NCBI GenBank assembly: GCA_965202645.1
Contig: OZ241840.1
Location: forward strand, 307,066-371,065
DNA: 64,000 nt
DNA from: Bdellovibrionales bacterium
GTDB taxonomy: Bacteria; Bdellovibrionota; Bdellovibrionia; Bdellovibrionales; UBA1609
Reading direction: 5' to 3'
Shown here one piece after another: positions 31,450 through 41,389 of the stretch (position 1 is its first letter; every line of letters begins with the position of its first letter). The notes under the pieces were generated by a model. The model made no database searches and was not told the DNA's origin. It was given only the letters and a program-made list of their open reading frames with translations. The position numbers and the translations under genes were made by a program.

Positions 31450-32571
31450 ATGAATAAACGGGCCAATCTATCCTCTTTTTTAAATAAAGTGATTTTAGGG
31501 GATTCCACAAAAAAATTAAAAAGCCTGCCGGATGAGTCCATTGATTTGATTTTTGCCGATCCTCCTTACAATCTTCAGCTCCAGCGGGATCTGTTTCGCC
31601 CCAATAGGACGAAAGTTCAGGGTGTGGATGACAAATGGGACAAATTTTCCAGCTTTCAGGAGTATGATGATTTTTCAAAAAGCTGGCTGGCGGAATGCCA
31701 AAGAGTCTTAAAGCCCACAGGTAGCCTTTGGGTGATTGGATCTTATCATAATATTTTTAGGGTGGGGGCGATTTTACAGGATTTAGGCTTTTGGATTTTA
31801 AATGACATTATCTGGATCAAAACAAACCCCATGCCTAATTTTAGAGGCTCCCGGTTTAACAACGCCCATGAGACTTTGATATGGGCTGGAAAATCTCAAA
31901 AGGCTAAAGTGACATTCAACTATAAAACCATGAAGGCTTTTAATGATGACAAACAAATGCGAAGCGACTGGCGTCTGCCTATATGCTCCGGCCGGGAAAG
32001 GCTAAAGGACGCAAAAGGCCATAAGGCGCATTCCGCTCAAAAGCCGGAAGCGCTTTTAAGGCGGGTCATTTTGTCCAGCTCTAAAGAGGGGGATATTGTT
32101 TTAGATCCTTTTTTTGGCTCCGGCGCCACAGGAGCTGTGGCTAAAATGCTGAACAGGCGGTTTATCGGCTTTGAAAAAGAAAAAAAATACGCGGACCTGG
32201 CTCGAAAAAGAATAAAGGGCGTTAAGCCTTACAGCCACTCGCTCACATTTCAATCTCAGGAGCTGTCTAAGCCTAAAGTCCCTTTCGGCCAGCTTGTGGA
32301 GAGCGCTTATATTGCGCCCGGCGAGAAACTTTGCTCCGCAGATAAAAAATATTGGGCAAAGGTGATGGCGGACGGAACATTAAAGAGTGGAAAGCGCTCC
32401 GGATCCATTCATAAAGTCAGCGCTAAAATGCTGAATCTGGCCAGCCACAATGGCTGGGATTTTTGGTGTGTGAAAAGGGAGGGAGAGCTTGTCAGCATTG
32501 ACAAATTGAGAGAAAAATATTTTATAGAGAGCCGCGGCGGATCAAGTGTTTTTTTGAGGAAAGCCGGCTAA
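31450..32571 (+). CDS. Beta-class DNA adenine methyltransferase, CcrM/M.HinfI-like
   Basis: FADPPYNLQL, WVIGSYHNIFRVG, NPMPNFRG, QKPEALL, LDPFFGSG; C-terminal GSIHK...NGWDFW domain. Confidence 0.9.
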   Translation: MNKRANLSSFLNKVILGDSTKKLKSLPDESIDLIFADPPYNLQLQRDLFRPNRTKVQGVDDKWDKFSSFQEYDDFSKSWLAECQRVLKPTGSLWVIGSYHNIFRVGAILQDLGFWILNDIIWIKTNPMPNFRGSRFNNAHETLIWAGKSQKAKVTFNYKTMKAFNDDKQMRSDWRLPICSGRERLKDAKGHKAHSAQKPEALLRRVILSSSKEGDIVLDPFFGSGATGAVAKMLNRRFIGFEKEKKYADLARKRIKGVKPYSHSLTFQSQELSKPKVPFGQLVESAYIAPGEKLCSADKKYWAKVMADGTLKSGKRSGSIHKVSAKMLNLASHNGWDFWCVKREGELVSIDKLREKYFIESRGGSSVFLRKAG

Positions 32572-33296
32572 TGAAAAGAGATAATCGGGAAAAGCTGGAG
32601 CTGCGAAAAATTGTTATAACCCCTCATGTGAATGATTGGGCGGAGGGCAGCGCTGAAATCAGCATGGGAAAGACTAAAGTTTTGTGCATGGCCAGCGTTT
32701 TGGAGACCACCCCAAAATGGCTGAACCGCCCGGGCCATGGCTGGATTACAGCGGAGTATGCTATGCTTCCCCGATCGGGGAATTTTAGAATCAGCCGGGA
32801 GAGGGGATTTCAAAGCGGGCGCTCTCAGGAAATTTCCCGCCTCATTGGCCGGAGCTTGAGGTCAGCTGTGGATATGCAAAATCTGGGGGAAAGGCAAATT
32901 TATGTAGACTGTGATGTTTTGCAGGCTGATGGGGGAACTCGAGCGGCCGGAGTCACAGGCGGTTTTGTGGCTTTGGCTTTGGCTTTAAAAAATTTGCAAT
33001 CCAGATCCATTATCAAAGATATTCCCTTAAGGCATTATGTTTGCGCTGTCAGCCTGGGTTTAATTCATGATGAAATTTATTTGGATTTGGATTCTCAAGA
33101 GGATAAAAATTGTGAGACAGATATGAATTTTGTTATGAATGAGCAGGGCCAGTTTGTTGAAATTCAAGGGACAGCTGAAAAACGAAGTTTTACAAAAAAT
33201 CAAATGGCCGGCATGATGGAGACCGCTCATCAAGCGGGCGCCGATCTTATAAAAAAACAAAAGGCGATTGTTCAGGATTTTTTTCCGCAATCCTAG
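32571..33296 (+). CDS. rph: Ribonuclease PH
   Basis: GWITAEYAMLPR, GRSQEISRLIGRSLR, DCDVLQADGGTR, EIQGTAE. Confidence 0.97.
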   Translation: MKRDNREKLELRKIVITPHVNDWAEGSAEISMGKTKVLCMASVLETTPKWLNRPGHGWITAEYAMLPRSGNFRISRERGFQSGRSQEISRLIGRSLRSAVDMQNLGERQIYVDCDVLQADGGTRAAGVTGGFVALALALKNLQSRSIIKDIPLRHYVCAVSLGLIHDEIYLDLDSQEDKNCETDMNFVMNEQGQFVEIQGTAEKRSFTKNQMAGMMETAHQAGADLIKKQKAIVQDFFPQS

Positions 33297-33450
33297 AGGC
33301 GCTGAGGCTGTATGTTTAACCGGTTGAGGCTTGATGATATTAGAGGCGCCGAGGCTGTATGTTTAACTGACTGAGGCTTGATGATATTAGAGGCGCTTTT
33401 ATGTTTAACCGGCTGTGGCTTGACAGTAATTTAGATGCGCTGAGGCTATT
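33294..33450. repeat. ~47-bp degenerate tandem repeat between rph and the first radical SAM gene
   Basis: tagaggcgc at ~33295, 33342, 33388 and tagatgcgc at 33432; units contain tatgtttaa like the downstream start. Confidence 0.8.
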
Positions 33451-33465
33451 TTGGGAGATAACTTT

Positions 33466-34830
33466 ATGTTTAAAAGCGCCAGAGCGCTTCGCAAAATAAG
33501 GGGCAAGCTTTATTCAGCTCCAGACATATCCCCGACTTTTTGTGTGTATCCCTGGATGGAGTTTATAGCGGGGCCTACGGAGCATATCAAAATATGCTGT
33601 ATTGCCGAAGACGCTGTGCTGGATGAAAAGGGGAGAGCTTACACTTGCGCTGAGGACTCTTTGGAGGGCTATTGGAACGGCTATGGCTTGAGGCGCATTC
33701 GCAAAAAGATGCTGGCAGGCGAAAAGCTTTCCGCCTGCCGGCATTGCTATTATCAAGAATCTATAGGCCGAACATCCTATAGGCAGTCTTTTAACAAACA
33801 ATGGTTTAAGTCAGAATACGGAAGGGATATTTTTGACAGAGTGGAAAAAAGCAGAGGCAATGGCTACAGGGTGGAGGCGCCGCCTCTTTATCTGGATATT
33901 CGGCCGGGAAACTTATGCAATCTGAAATGCCGGATGTGCAATCCGGGGAACAGCTCAAAAATTTACAAAGAGCAAAAGGAAATGCTTAAAAGCCATTCGG
34001 AATTTGGCCCCTTGGTTGACAGCAATTATTTTATTAAAGACGAAAAAGCTTTTCATAATTGGCATAAAAATAAAAGCCTGTGGAAGTCTGTTTATAAATG
34101 GGCGGAGGGGGCAAAGCAGTTGTATTTTACCGGCGGCGAGCCAACCCTGATTAAAGAGAACTGGCGCTTAATCGATCATTTGAAGTCCAAGGGTATCTCA
34201 AAAAATATAGATTTAATTTTTAATATCAACTGCACACAGTCCCCGGACAAGCTTTTAGAGGCTTTTGACGCCTTTTCAACTGTCACTGTCACATTTAGCA
34301 TAGACGGCTATAAGGAGACTCAGGAGTATATCCGGCATCCATCAAAATGGCGGGACATTGAGAGCCATATCATAAAAATTTTAAAACACAGAAAAAGCCG
34401 CGGATCAAGCAATGTCCAATTTTACTTTTCCCCTGTGGCTCAAGTTTATAATATTTTGGATTTGCCGAGGCTTCTGCGATGGATTGACAAGCTCCAGGAG
34501 GATTATGGAAAGATAGGAAACAGTATGATTATGCTCACAGGGCCGGACTATTTGGATATTTCCATTTTGCCCAATACAATAAAAAAGAGGGCTTTGTTGA
34601 GCATTGAGGAGTATGAAAGCGCCTATAAAGGCTCTGATCAATTTCTTTTAGAGTGTTTGCGCTCGATCAAAAATGTTTTAAAGAGGGATGAAGGCCCCGA
34701 TGCGGGAAAAAAGCTAAAGAGATTTTACAAATACACTAAATTATTGGATGAAAAGCGGGGGGAGAGCTTTTTTAAAGCTTTTCCAAAGCTTAGCCGTTTA
34801 TTGGATGAGGATGGCCGATGGAAAAATTAA
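33466..34830 (+). CDS. Twitch/SPASM-domain radical SAM protein 1
   Basis: N-terminal CVYPW...CC...CRHC; CNLKCRMC; FTGGEP. Confidence 0.9.
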   Translation: MFKSARALRKIRGKLYSAPDISPTFCVYPWMEFIAGPTEHIKICCIAEDAVLDEKGRAYTCAEDSLEGYWNGYGLRRIRKKMLAGEKLSACRHCYYQESIGRTSYRQSFNKQWFKSEYGRDIFDRVEKSRGNGYRVEAPPLYLDIRPGNLCNLKCRMCNPGNSSKIYKEQKEMLKSHSEFGPLVDSNYFIKDEKAFHNWHKNKSLWKSVYKWAEGAKQLYFTGGEPTLIKENWRLIDHLKSKGISKNIDLIFNINCTQSPDKLLEAFDAFSTVTVTFSIDGYKETQEYIRHPSKWRDIESHIIKILKHRKSRGSSNVQFYFSPVAQVYNILDLPRLLRWIDKLQEDYGKIGNSMIMLTGPDYLDISILPNTIKKRALLSIEEYESAYKGSDQFLLECLRSIKNVLKRDEGPDAGKKLKRFYKYTKLLDEKRGESFFKAFPKLSRLLDEDGRWKN

Positions 34831-36101
34831 ATCCCACAGAGGCGAAAAATAACAAGCCTCTTTCCCCGACTTTTTGTGTTTTGCCCTGGATTCATATAGC
34901 CACAAAGACTTATGGAAATGTGACTCCCTGCTGTGTGGGCGAGCCTTTAAAGGAGAATTTGAATGAGACTGTATTTTCGGAGGTTTGGAACTCTCTTTCC
35001 CTGAGAGATATGAGAGTTGGCATGCTGAAGGGGCAAAAGCTGGATGTTTGCAGGAGGTGCTATGATGAGGAAAAGGCGGGCATAGCCTCCCACAGAGTCA
35101 GATCCAATGGCTACTGGAGGGATTATTACTCTTTCGCGGAGCTGGCAAAAAAAACAAATTCCGAAGGCGCTTTTGCGGAGCCGGCCGTTTATTTGGATTT
35201 GCGGCTGGGCAATAAATGCAACTTGGAGTGTGTCATGTGCGGCCCTCAGGAAACCATCCGCTGGGAGAGTTTGTCAAAAAAGATTTATAATGAGGCTCAG
35301 ACGGCTAACTTAAAGGAATACTTAAAAAACACAATGGATTTTATGGAGCAGGCCTCTTCTAAATTATGGTATGAGAGGGAGGAGATCAAGCGGGATATTT
35401 ATAGGCAAATTCCCTTTTTAAAGCGGGTCACTATAGCCGGGGGAGAGCCTCTTTTAATTCGAGAGCATCATAAATTTTTGGACGCGTGCATTGAGCAAAA
35501 ACAAGCCCATCATATATCCCTTCATTATCACACCAACGGCACGGCCCTGAGCGCGGAGTTATTTGACAAGTGGAGGCGCTTTGAGTCAGTTATTGTTTTT
35601 ATAAGCTTAGACGATATTGGGGAGAGAAACCGCTATATTCGCTACCCCTGCTCCTGGCGGCGGATTGAAAACAATCTGGAAATGATTGATCAAAAATCCC
35701 CTCCCAATGTTCATCCTATGATTCTTTGCACTATTCAGATTAAAAATATATTTTATTTTGATGAGTTTCTCTCCTATTTCACCGGAAAGCGCTTTAAAAA
35801 GGTTCACGCCTATTATGATGATTTAGTCCATACTGAGGTTGTTCATCACCCTTACTTTTTAAACTGCCAGCTCCTTCCCCCTGGAGTGAAAAAAATTGTC
35901 TCCCAAAAATTTGAGGATATTTATAAAAAATTTCCCGCTAAAACCAACCGGTTTAAAACTATAGCCGGCTTTATGAATAAAGAGGACAAAAGCCATTTGC
36001 TGTATGTGTTTCAGGATTATATTCAGGCTTTAGATAAAGCCAGAGGGACTTCGTTTTCCAAAACTTTTCCCCAGCTGGCGGAGCTTTTAGAGATGAGCTG
36101 A
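34818..36101 (+). CDS. Twitch/SPASM-domain radical SAM protein 2
   Basis: CVLPW...CC...CRRC; CNLECVMC; AGGEP. Confidence 0.9.
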   Translation: MEKLNPTEAKNNKPLSPTFCVLPWIHIATKTYGNVTPCCVGEPLKENLNETVFSEVWNSLSLRDMRVGMLKGQKLDVCRRCYDEEKAGIASHRVRSNGYWRDYYSFAELAKKTNSEGAFAEPAVYLDLRLGNKCNLECVMCGPQETIRWESLSKKIYNEAQTANLKEYLKNTMDFMEQASSKLWYEREEIKRDIYRQIPFLKRVTIAGGEPLLIREHHKFLDACIEQKQAHHISLHYHTNGTALSAELFDKWRRFESVIVFISLDDIGERNRYIRYPCSWRRIENNLEMIDQKSPPNVHPMILCTIQIKNIFYFDEFLSYFTGKRFKKVHAYYDDLVHTEVVHHPYFLNCQLLPPGVKKIVSQKFEDIYKKFPAKTNRFKTIAGFMNKEDKSHLLYVFQDYIQALDKARGTSFSKTFPQLAELLEMS

Positions 36102-36362
36102 TGGATAAAACAGGAGGCTTTATTAAACGCTGTTGAGGCGGAGCTTTATGGATAACATAGAAGGCTTTATTAAACGCTGTTGAGGCGGAGCTTTATGGAT
36201 AACATAGAAGGCTTTATTAAACGCTGTTGAGGCGGAGCTTTTGGAGATGAGTTGATAAAAACAGGGGGCTTTATCAAACGCTGTTGAGGCGGAGCTTTAT
36301 GGATAACATAGAAGGCTTTATTAAACGCTGTTGAGGCAGAGCTTTTGGAATGGATAAAACAG
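36077..36362. repeat. ~47-bp tandem repeat (~5 copies) built around the rSAM2 stop/rSAM3 start junction
   Basis: Units join ggcggagcttt (rSAM2 end) to atggataa (rSAM3 start). Confidence 0.9.
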
Positions 36363-37624
36363 ACGAAAAAATGAAAACTTTTTGCCCTTTGCCCTGGACG
36401 CATATCAGCGCCGGCCCAGAGGGCAAAGGGAGAATTTGCTGTGATGGCTACGAGTGGCTTAAAAATGGCTCAAATAATGTGTTATGGAGGAAGTCAGAAA
36501 ATCTCCGCTCCTATTTTAATTCTGAAAGCTATAAGCGGACTAGAGTGAAAATGCTGAAAGGGGAGAGGCCCCGGCACTGTTTTTATTGTTTTCAGCAAGA
36601 GGATCATGGAGTAAAAAGCATGCGCCTGCAATTTATAGATCAGTATAAAGAGGATATTGAGAGTATGATCAGCTCCACCCATCCGGACGGCTCAATAGAT
36701 CATCCTCAAATCACTTATATAGACATGGCTCTGGGCAACAAATGCAATTTGAAATGCCGGATGTGCTCCCCTTGGAACTCTTACGCGATCGGAAAAGACT
36801 GGCAAAAAATGGGACTGCTTTTTAATGAGAGCGGCGCCAAAAAGATATTTGAGGACAAGTGGTATGCGTCAGATAATTCTTTGAGAATGATTAAAGAGGC
36901 CTTGCCTCATGTTCGCGCTATTTTTACAACCGGCGGCGAGCCTATGATTATAAAAGAGCACTTAAGCCTTTTGAGGATGATCGCAAAGGAGGGCCATGCC
37001 CATCATATTTGTTTGAGATATAACTCCAATCAGACAGTCATCCCGGAAGAGATTATAGAGCTTTGGAGGCCTTTTCAGGCCGTGGATTTTAACTGCTCTG
37101 TTGAGGCTTATGGGGCGCTCAATGACTATATTCGCTATCCCTCTAAATGGGAAAAGCTGGAAAAAAATCTTTTCTTTTTAGATAAGCTCTCATCTGAAAG
37201 GCGGGGCTTAAATGTTTATATTCACACCACTTTGCAGGCTTATAATGTGATAAAAATTCCGGAGTTTTTAAGCTGGTTAAGGCGGGCGGACTTTAAAAGC
37301 GTCCATCGATTTCCTTTTTTTATTTGGGTCCGGATTCCTCAATGGCTGTCTCCCGCGTTGCTCCCTGAAAAGATGAGGCGTGAGGCTGGCGATAAAATTT
37401 TGGAAAGCTTGAGAGAGCATGAGGAGTTTTTTCTCAATTATAACCCTGAGCATCGGGGCTGGTCCTCTCAAAGGATTCAAATTTTGAAAGAGTTTTGCGG
37501 GATGATCAAAAACAGCGAGGAGCCAGGCTTGAGCGAATTTGTCGAGCAGACCAAAAAACATGACAGCTTAAGGGGCCAGTCTATTTTGAGGGTTTTGCCG
37601 GAATTTCAGCCATTTTTCTCTTAG
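36350..37624 (+). CDS. Twitch/SPASM-domain radical SAM protein 3
   Basis: CPLPW...CC...CFYC; CNLKCRMC; TGGEP. Confidence 0.9.
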   Translation: MDKTDEKMKTFCPLPWTHISAGPEGKGRICCDGYEWLKNGSNNVLWRKSENLRSYFNSESYKRTRVKMLKGERPRHCFYCFQQEDHGVKSMRLQFIDQYKEDIESMISSTHPDGSIDHPQITYIDMALGNKCNLKCRMCSPWNSYAIGKDWQKMGLLFNESGAKKIFEDKWYASDNSLRMIKEALPHVRAIFTTGGEPMIIKEHLSLLRMIAKEGHAHHICLRYNSNQTVIPEEIIELWRPFQAVDFNCSVEAYGALNDYIRYPSKWEKLEKNLFFLDKLSSERRGLNVYIHTTLQAYNVIKIPEFLSWLRRADFKSVHRFPFFIWVRIPQWLSPALLPEKMRREAGDKILESLREHEEFFLNYNPEHRGWSSQRIQILKEFCGMIKNSEEPGLSEFVEQTKKHDSLRGQSILRVLPEFQPFFS

Positions 37625-37706
37625 CTGGCCTGTTGGCTGGTGGAATCATCAGGCTCTGTTTGACTCTCTATAAATTTAAAAAACAGGGAAAAAGCGCGAA
37701 ATCAAA

Positions 37707-39197
37707 ATGGAGCAAAAATCTTTAGAGCAAAGGGAGCTGGCTCATATCAAGAGAAAATTGGATTCTGTCAGCCCCTCTATGTGTTTGGCTAAATGGATGC
37801 AGGTCAGTTTGCATTTAACAACGGGCCGGACGCATAGCTGTTATCATCCTCCGGCTCACAGCATTGATCCGGCGGAGCTGTTAAAAGATCCCTCAGCTCT
37901 TCACAACACAAAACAAAAAAAAGAGGAGCGGGCCTTAATGCTAAAAGGGGAAAGGCCGGAAGGCTGCTCTTACTGCTGGAGCATAGAGGACTCGGGAAAT
38001 CATTACAGCGACAGGCATTACCGCTCTTTAGAGCCTTGGGCAGAGAAAAATTTTCAAGAAGTCCTTCAAAAAGGCTGTGACAGCCCCATTATTCCCTCCT
38101 ATATGGAGGTTAATTTTAATCCAGCCTGCCAGTTTAAATGCAGTTATTGCTCTCCGCATCTGTCGACAACATGGATGGAGGAGATTAAGCGGCACGGCGC
38201 TTATCCCACAATCGTTCCCCATAATGACATAGAAAATTTAAAAAAGATGAGCTTATGGCCCATCAGCTCTAAAGAGGATAATCCTTATGTGGAGGCTTTT
38301 TGGAAGTGGTGGCCGGAGCTTTATCCCCGCTTAAGGGTGTTTCGAATGACCGGAGGAGAGCCATTGATTGATCCCAACACTTATCGTGTTTTAGAGTATA
38401 TCCGCTTCCATCCTCATCCGGAGTTGGAGCTGGCCATTACCAGCAATCTTTGCCCGCCTGAAAAAATGATGAATCGATTCCAAAGCGAGTTAAGAGGCAT
38501 TTTAAAAGACAGAAAAATAGCCCGTTTCATGCTTTTTCCCTCCATAGACGGCTGGGGGCGACAGGCGGAGTATATCCGTTTTGGCTTGGATATCAGGGAA
38601 TTTGAAAAAAATGTGAGATCGCTGATAAAAAATATACCGGAGACGCTCATCAGTTTTATTGTGACAGTCAACGCTCTGTCCCCTTTCTCTTTGGAAGATC
38701 TTTTGGACAGAATTTTGGAGTGGCAAAAAGAGGCCTTTTATCTCTATAAGGGGAATTATAGACGCGTCTTTTTTGATTTGCCTTATTTGCGGGCTCCCGC
38801 CTGGCAGGCTTTAAATATTCTTCCGGAGGGAATGGCCGGCTCTTATTTTAAAAGGGGGCTTGATTTTATGGAAAAAAACAAGGTGAATCTCCCTAAAGGC
38901 AAGCCTTATGGCTTTTCGGATTTTCAAATCAATAAAATGAGGCGGCTTATTGATTTATCCAACAAGACTCCGGATCAAAAGCAGTTGGAAATCAATCGGA
39001 TAAATTTTTATAAATTTTTTAGCGAGCATGATCGCAGAAGACAAACTGATTTTGTGGAGGCTTTTCCAGAGTTAAAATTGTTTTGGAGGAGCTGTCGGGC
39101 GCTGAGCAAAAAATGGGACAGAGCGCAGGAGAAAGCCCGTCTTAAGACAGCTCGTCTTGAGGCGAAGAAGAAAGCCCGGAGCCGGCAGTCCGGCTAA
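37707..39197 (+). CDS. Twitch-domain radical SAM protein 4 (divergent subtype)
   Basis: CLAKW...SCYHP...CSYCW; CQFKCSYC; TGGEP. Confidence 0.9.
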   Translation: MEQKSLEQRELAHIKRKLDSVSPSMCLAKWMQVSLHLTTGRTHSCYHPPAHSIDPAELLKDPSALHNTKQKKEERALMLKGERPEGCSYCWSIEDSGNHYSDRHYRSLEPWAEKNFQEVLQKGCDSPIIPSYMEVNFNPACQFKCSYCSPHLSTTWMEEIKRHGAYPTIVPHNDIENLKKMSLWPISSKEDNPYVEAFWKWWPELYPRLRVFRMTGGEPLIDPNTYRVLEYIRFHPHPELELAITSNLCPPEKMMNRFQSELRGILKDRKIARFMLFPSIDGWGRQAEYIRFGLDIREFEKNVRSLIKNIPETLISFIVTVNALSPFSLEDLLDRILEWQKEAFYLYKGNYRRVFFDLPYLRAPAWQALNILPEGMAGSYFKRGLDFMEKNKVNLPKGKPYGFSDFQINKMRRLIDLSNKTPDQKQLEINRINFYKFFSEHDRRRQTDFVEAFPELKLFWRSCRALSKKWDRAQEKARLKTARLEAKKKARSRQSG

Positions 39198-39354
39198 AAA
39201 CTGAGCCTATATCTCTCAATCGGAGTATTGCCATGCCCTCCGTCTCTGTCTTTTAAAAGGCTGTTTCCTGTTTTTGAGATAAGGCGGATGGAAAAGCCTC
39301 TTTATTGTTATAAAAACTTGCTATTGCATGGCCGATTTGATAAAATAAAGCTTT

Positions 39355-40767
39355 ATGTCCAGCAAACTAAAAAAGCTTAATCGGCAATCAATTTACCCCC
39401 CCCCCCCCCCCCCCCCCCGATTTTTTTCGCTTATAAATAAGCTCTCTAAAACCCCATTACATGACGGGTTTAGCCTGATTGAAGTTTTAATAACCGCCAC
39501 AGTTGGTTTAATACTGGGCGCCGGGGTTTTAAAGCTAAGCCAAGTCGCTATCCAAAATACTAACATTGTCCAGACAAGCCTTGTGGAGAGTGAGCTTAAA
39601 AGAGCGATTGATAAATTTTTAAACGATCCGGATAATCCGACACAATGCCAAGATGTTTTAGGCCCTTTTCATGCCAGCGATTTGTCAGCCTCTCCCGTGT
39701 CAGTTTATCCCCAGACTCCAGTCCCAACCGCAGACCCGGCTAAAACAGCTTATGAGAAGTTAGGAAAACTGGCCGGAGAGACAGGGCTTATCTCCATTGA
39801 AAAAATAGAGCTTAAGGATAAGTCCGATCCAGTGAGACAGTTTATAGTTTATTATAAAAAGCCTAGACTGGGAAAGTATGAGACTATCGGCGGCGGCAGA
39901 TGCACCGGCGGGACAGCGGCGGGAGATCAAAACGGCTGTTATTTTGTCAGCTGTGACATAAAATACAGATGCTCAAATGCCGATTGTGATGGCAAGGGCG
40001 CGGACACTGATCCCGCCGTGACAGATGATGACGATATAAAATGCCAGCTTATAAAGTGTGAGGGCACGGGAAAAAGCCTATCGGATGTTGGCGAATGCGG
40101 CGACAATGAGCATCTTAAAGGCTTTGACTCCACAGGGAATCCAATTTGCCAGCAGAATTGCACTGGCGGAAGGCAATGGGATGAGTCAACCACGCCGCCC
40201 GGATGCGGATGCCCGGCTAATACTCGATGGAATGATATTTTTAGGAGATGCACTTTTTGTCAGCCGCATCAAAGGCTTGGCTCTGATGGAAACTGTGTTG
40301 ATGTTTGCCCGCCAAGCTCAACGGAGATAAGGCAAGTATGGAATGGGATGCAATGTATTTGTCCTTTTACCACAGTTGTTAACAATAAAGGCGACTGTGT
40401 ATGTCCACAATCCGAGTTTATTTCAGTCCAGCCTAGCTGGGATTCTGGATTGCAAAAGTGTCAATGCCCGCAAAATAATACCAGAAAATATTTTAATGGC
40501 AGAAAATGCACGACTTGTCCCAATGGCCAACACAGACGGGGTGATGCGGACTCCATGGATCCTAACCCTAATAGATGCTTGGCTTATAATTCAATAGGAG
40601 AAGGTATAAACCCAGTCGCCGGAAAAATTTATTGTAAAAAGCGCAACACGATCAAATATCTCTATGATCTTGAAACAAAAAGCTGTTGGCCTAATCCTAT
40701 GCAAAATGGGATATATATGGGAGAGCATGCCGGTCATACAAGCTGGACAGGACAGCCATCTTTTTAA
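39355..40767 (+). CDS. Prepilin-type N-terminal cleavage/methylation protein with Cys-rich (EGF-like) repeats
   Basis: G|FSLIEVLI plus hydrophobic helix; repeated WD/WN...C.CP units. Confidence 0.8.
   Translation: MSSKLKKLNRQSIYPPPPPPPRFFSLINKLSKTPLHDGFSLIEVLITATVGLILGAGVLKLSQVAIQNTNIVQTSLVESELKRAIDKFLNDPDNPTQCQDVLGPFHASDLSASPVSVYPQTPVPTADPAKTAYEKLGKLAGETGLISIEKIELKDKSDPVRQFIVYYKKPRLGKYETIGGGRCTGGTAAGDQNGCYFVSCDIKYRCSNADCDGKGADTDPAVTDDDDIKCQLIKCEGTGKSLSDVGECGDNEHLKGFDSTGNPICQQNCTGGRQWDESTTPPGCGCPANTRWNDIFRRCTFCQPHQRLGSDGNCVDVCPPSSTEIRQVWNGMQCICPFTTVVNNKGDCVCPQSEFISVQPSWDSGLQKCQCPQNNTRKYFNGRKCTTCPNGQHRRGDADSMDPNPNRCLAYNSIGEGINPVAGKIYCKKRNTIKYLYDLETKSCWPNPMQNGIYMGEHAGHTSWTGQPSF
39396..39418 (+). 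repeat. C23 homopolymer in the prepilin leader (candidate phase-variation tract)
   Basis: 23 consecutive C, currently in frame (YPPPPPPPR). Confidence 0.85.
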
Positions 40768-40808
40768 AGAGCAAGCCGGAGCCAGCCGATAAAAAAAGCG
40801 GAGTGTCC

Positions 40809-40991
40809 ATGAGGCTGGCTTTTCTTTTTTTGCTGTTTAGCTTTTGTCTTAATCTTGAGGCGACTCCTGATAAACAAATCTCTGAAGATCAATCGCCGGA
40901 GAGTTTAGATATTATGCCGCTGGCCACACAAGCAATCATAAAGAGCAAAGCGCAAGGCAAAGACTCACAAGCGCAAAAGCCCAAAGCATAA
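40809..40991 (+). pseudogene. Short signal-peptide-bearing ORF, probably a truncated secreted protein
   Basis: MRLAFLFLLFSFCLNLEA signal peptide; 5' part recurs at ~43106-43175. Confidence 0.5.
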
Positions 40992-41017
40992 AACAAAACC
41001 ATAAGGAGACTTACCTG

Positions 41018-41104
41018 TGGTTTAAACACGCGGCAGAGAATGGCAATCCTTTTGCTCAATTCAGTTTAGACAGACTCAATAAGCTCAATAATAAAGAGCG
41101 CTAA
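41018..41104 (+). pseudogene. SEL1-like repeat fragment
   Basis: WFKHAAENGNPFAQFSLDRL...*. Confidence 0.6.
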
Positions 41105-41389
41105 GATCAGGCTTATGCCCGGCGGAAAAAGCTGGCCAGCCGGAGAGATAAAAGAATCGGGCAAGGCTCAGCTGAATTGAGGCCCGCGGCTGGGAGTCAA
41201 TTCAGCCGGCAGTTTCCGCCGGCAATTAAAGCGCCAGCCGGAGCCAGCCGATAAATAAAGCCGTCCGCCGCTTTGTTTGTGGCCAGCGGCTTAATAACCT
41301 AGTTTGTAAAATATTCACACTAGAGAGATTTAAATTTGCTTTTTTTTTTACTGTGATATAAAATCCTCAAATAAACCATAGGAGGATTT

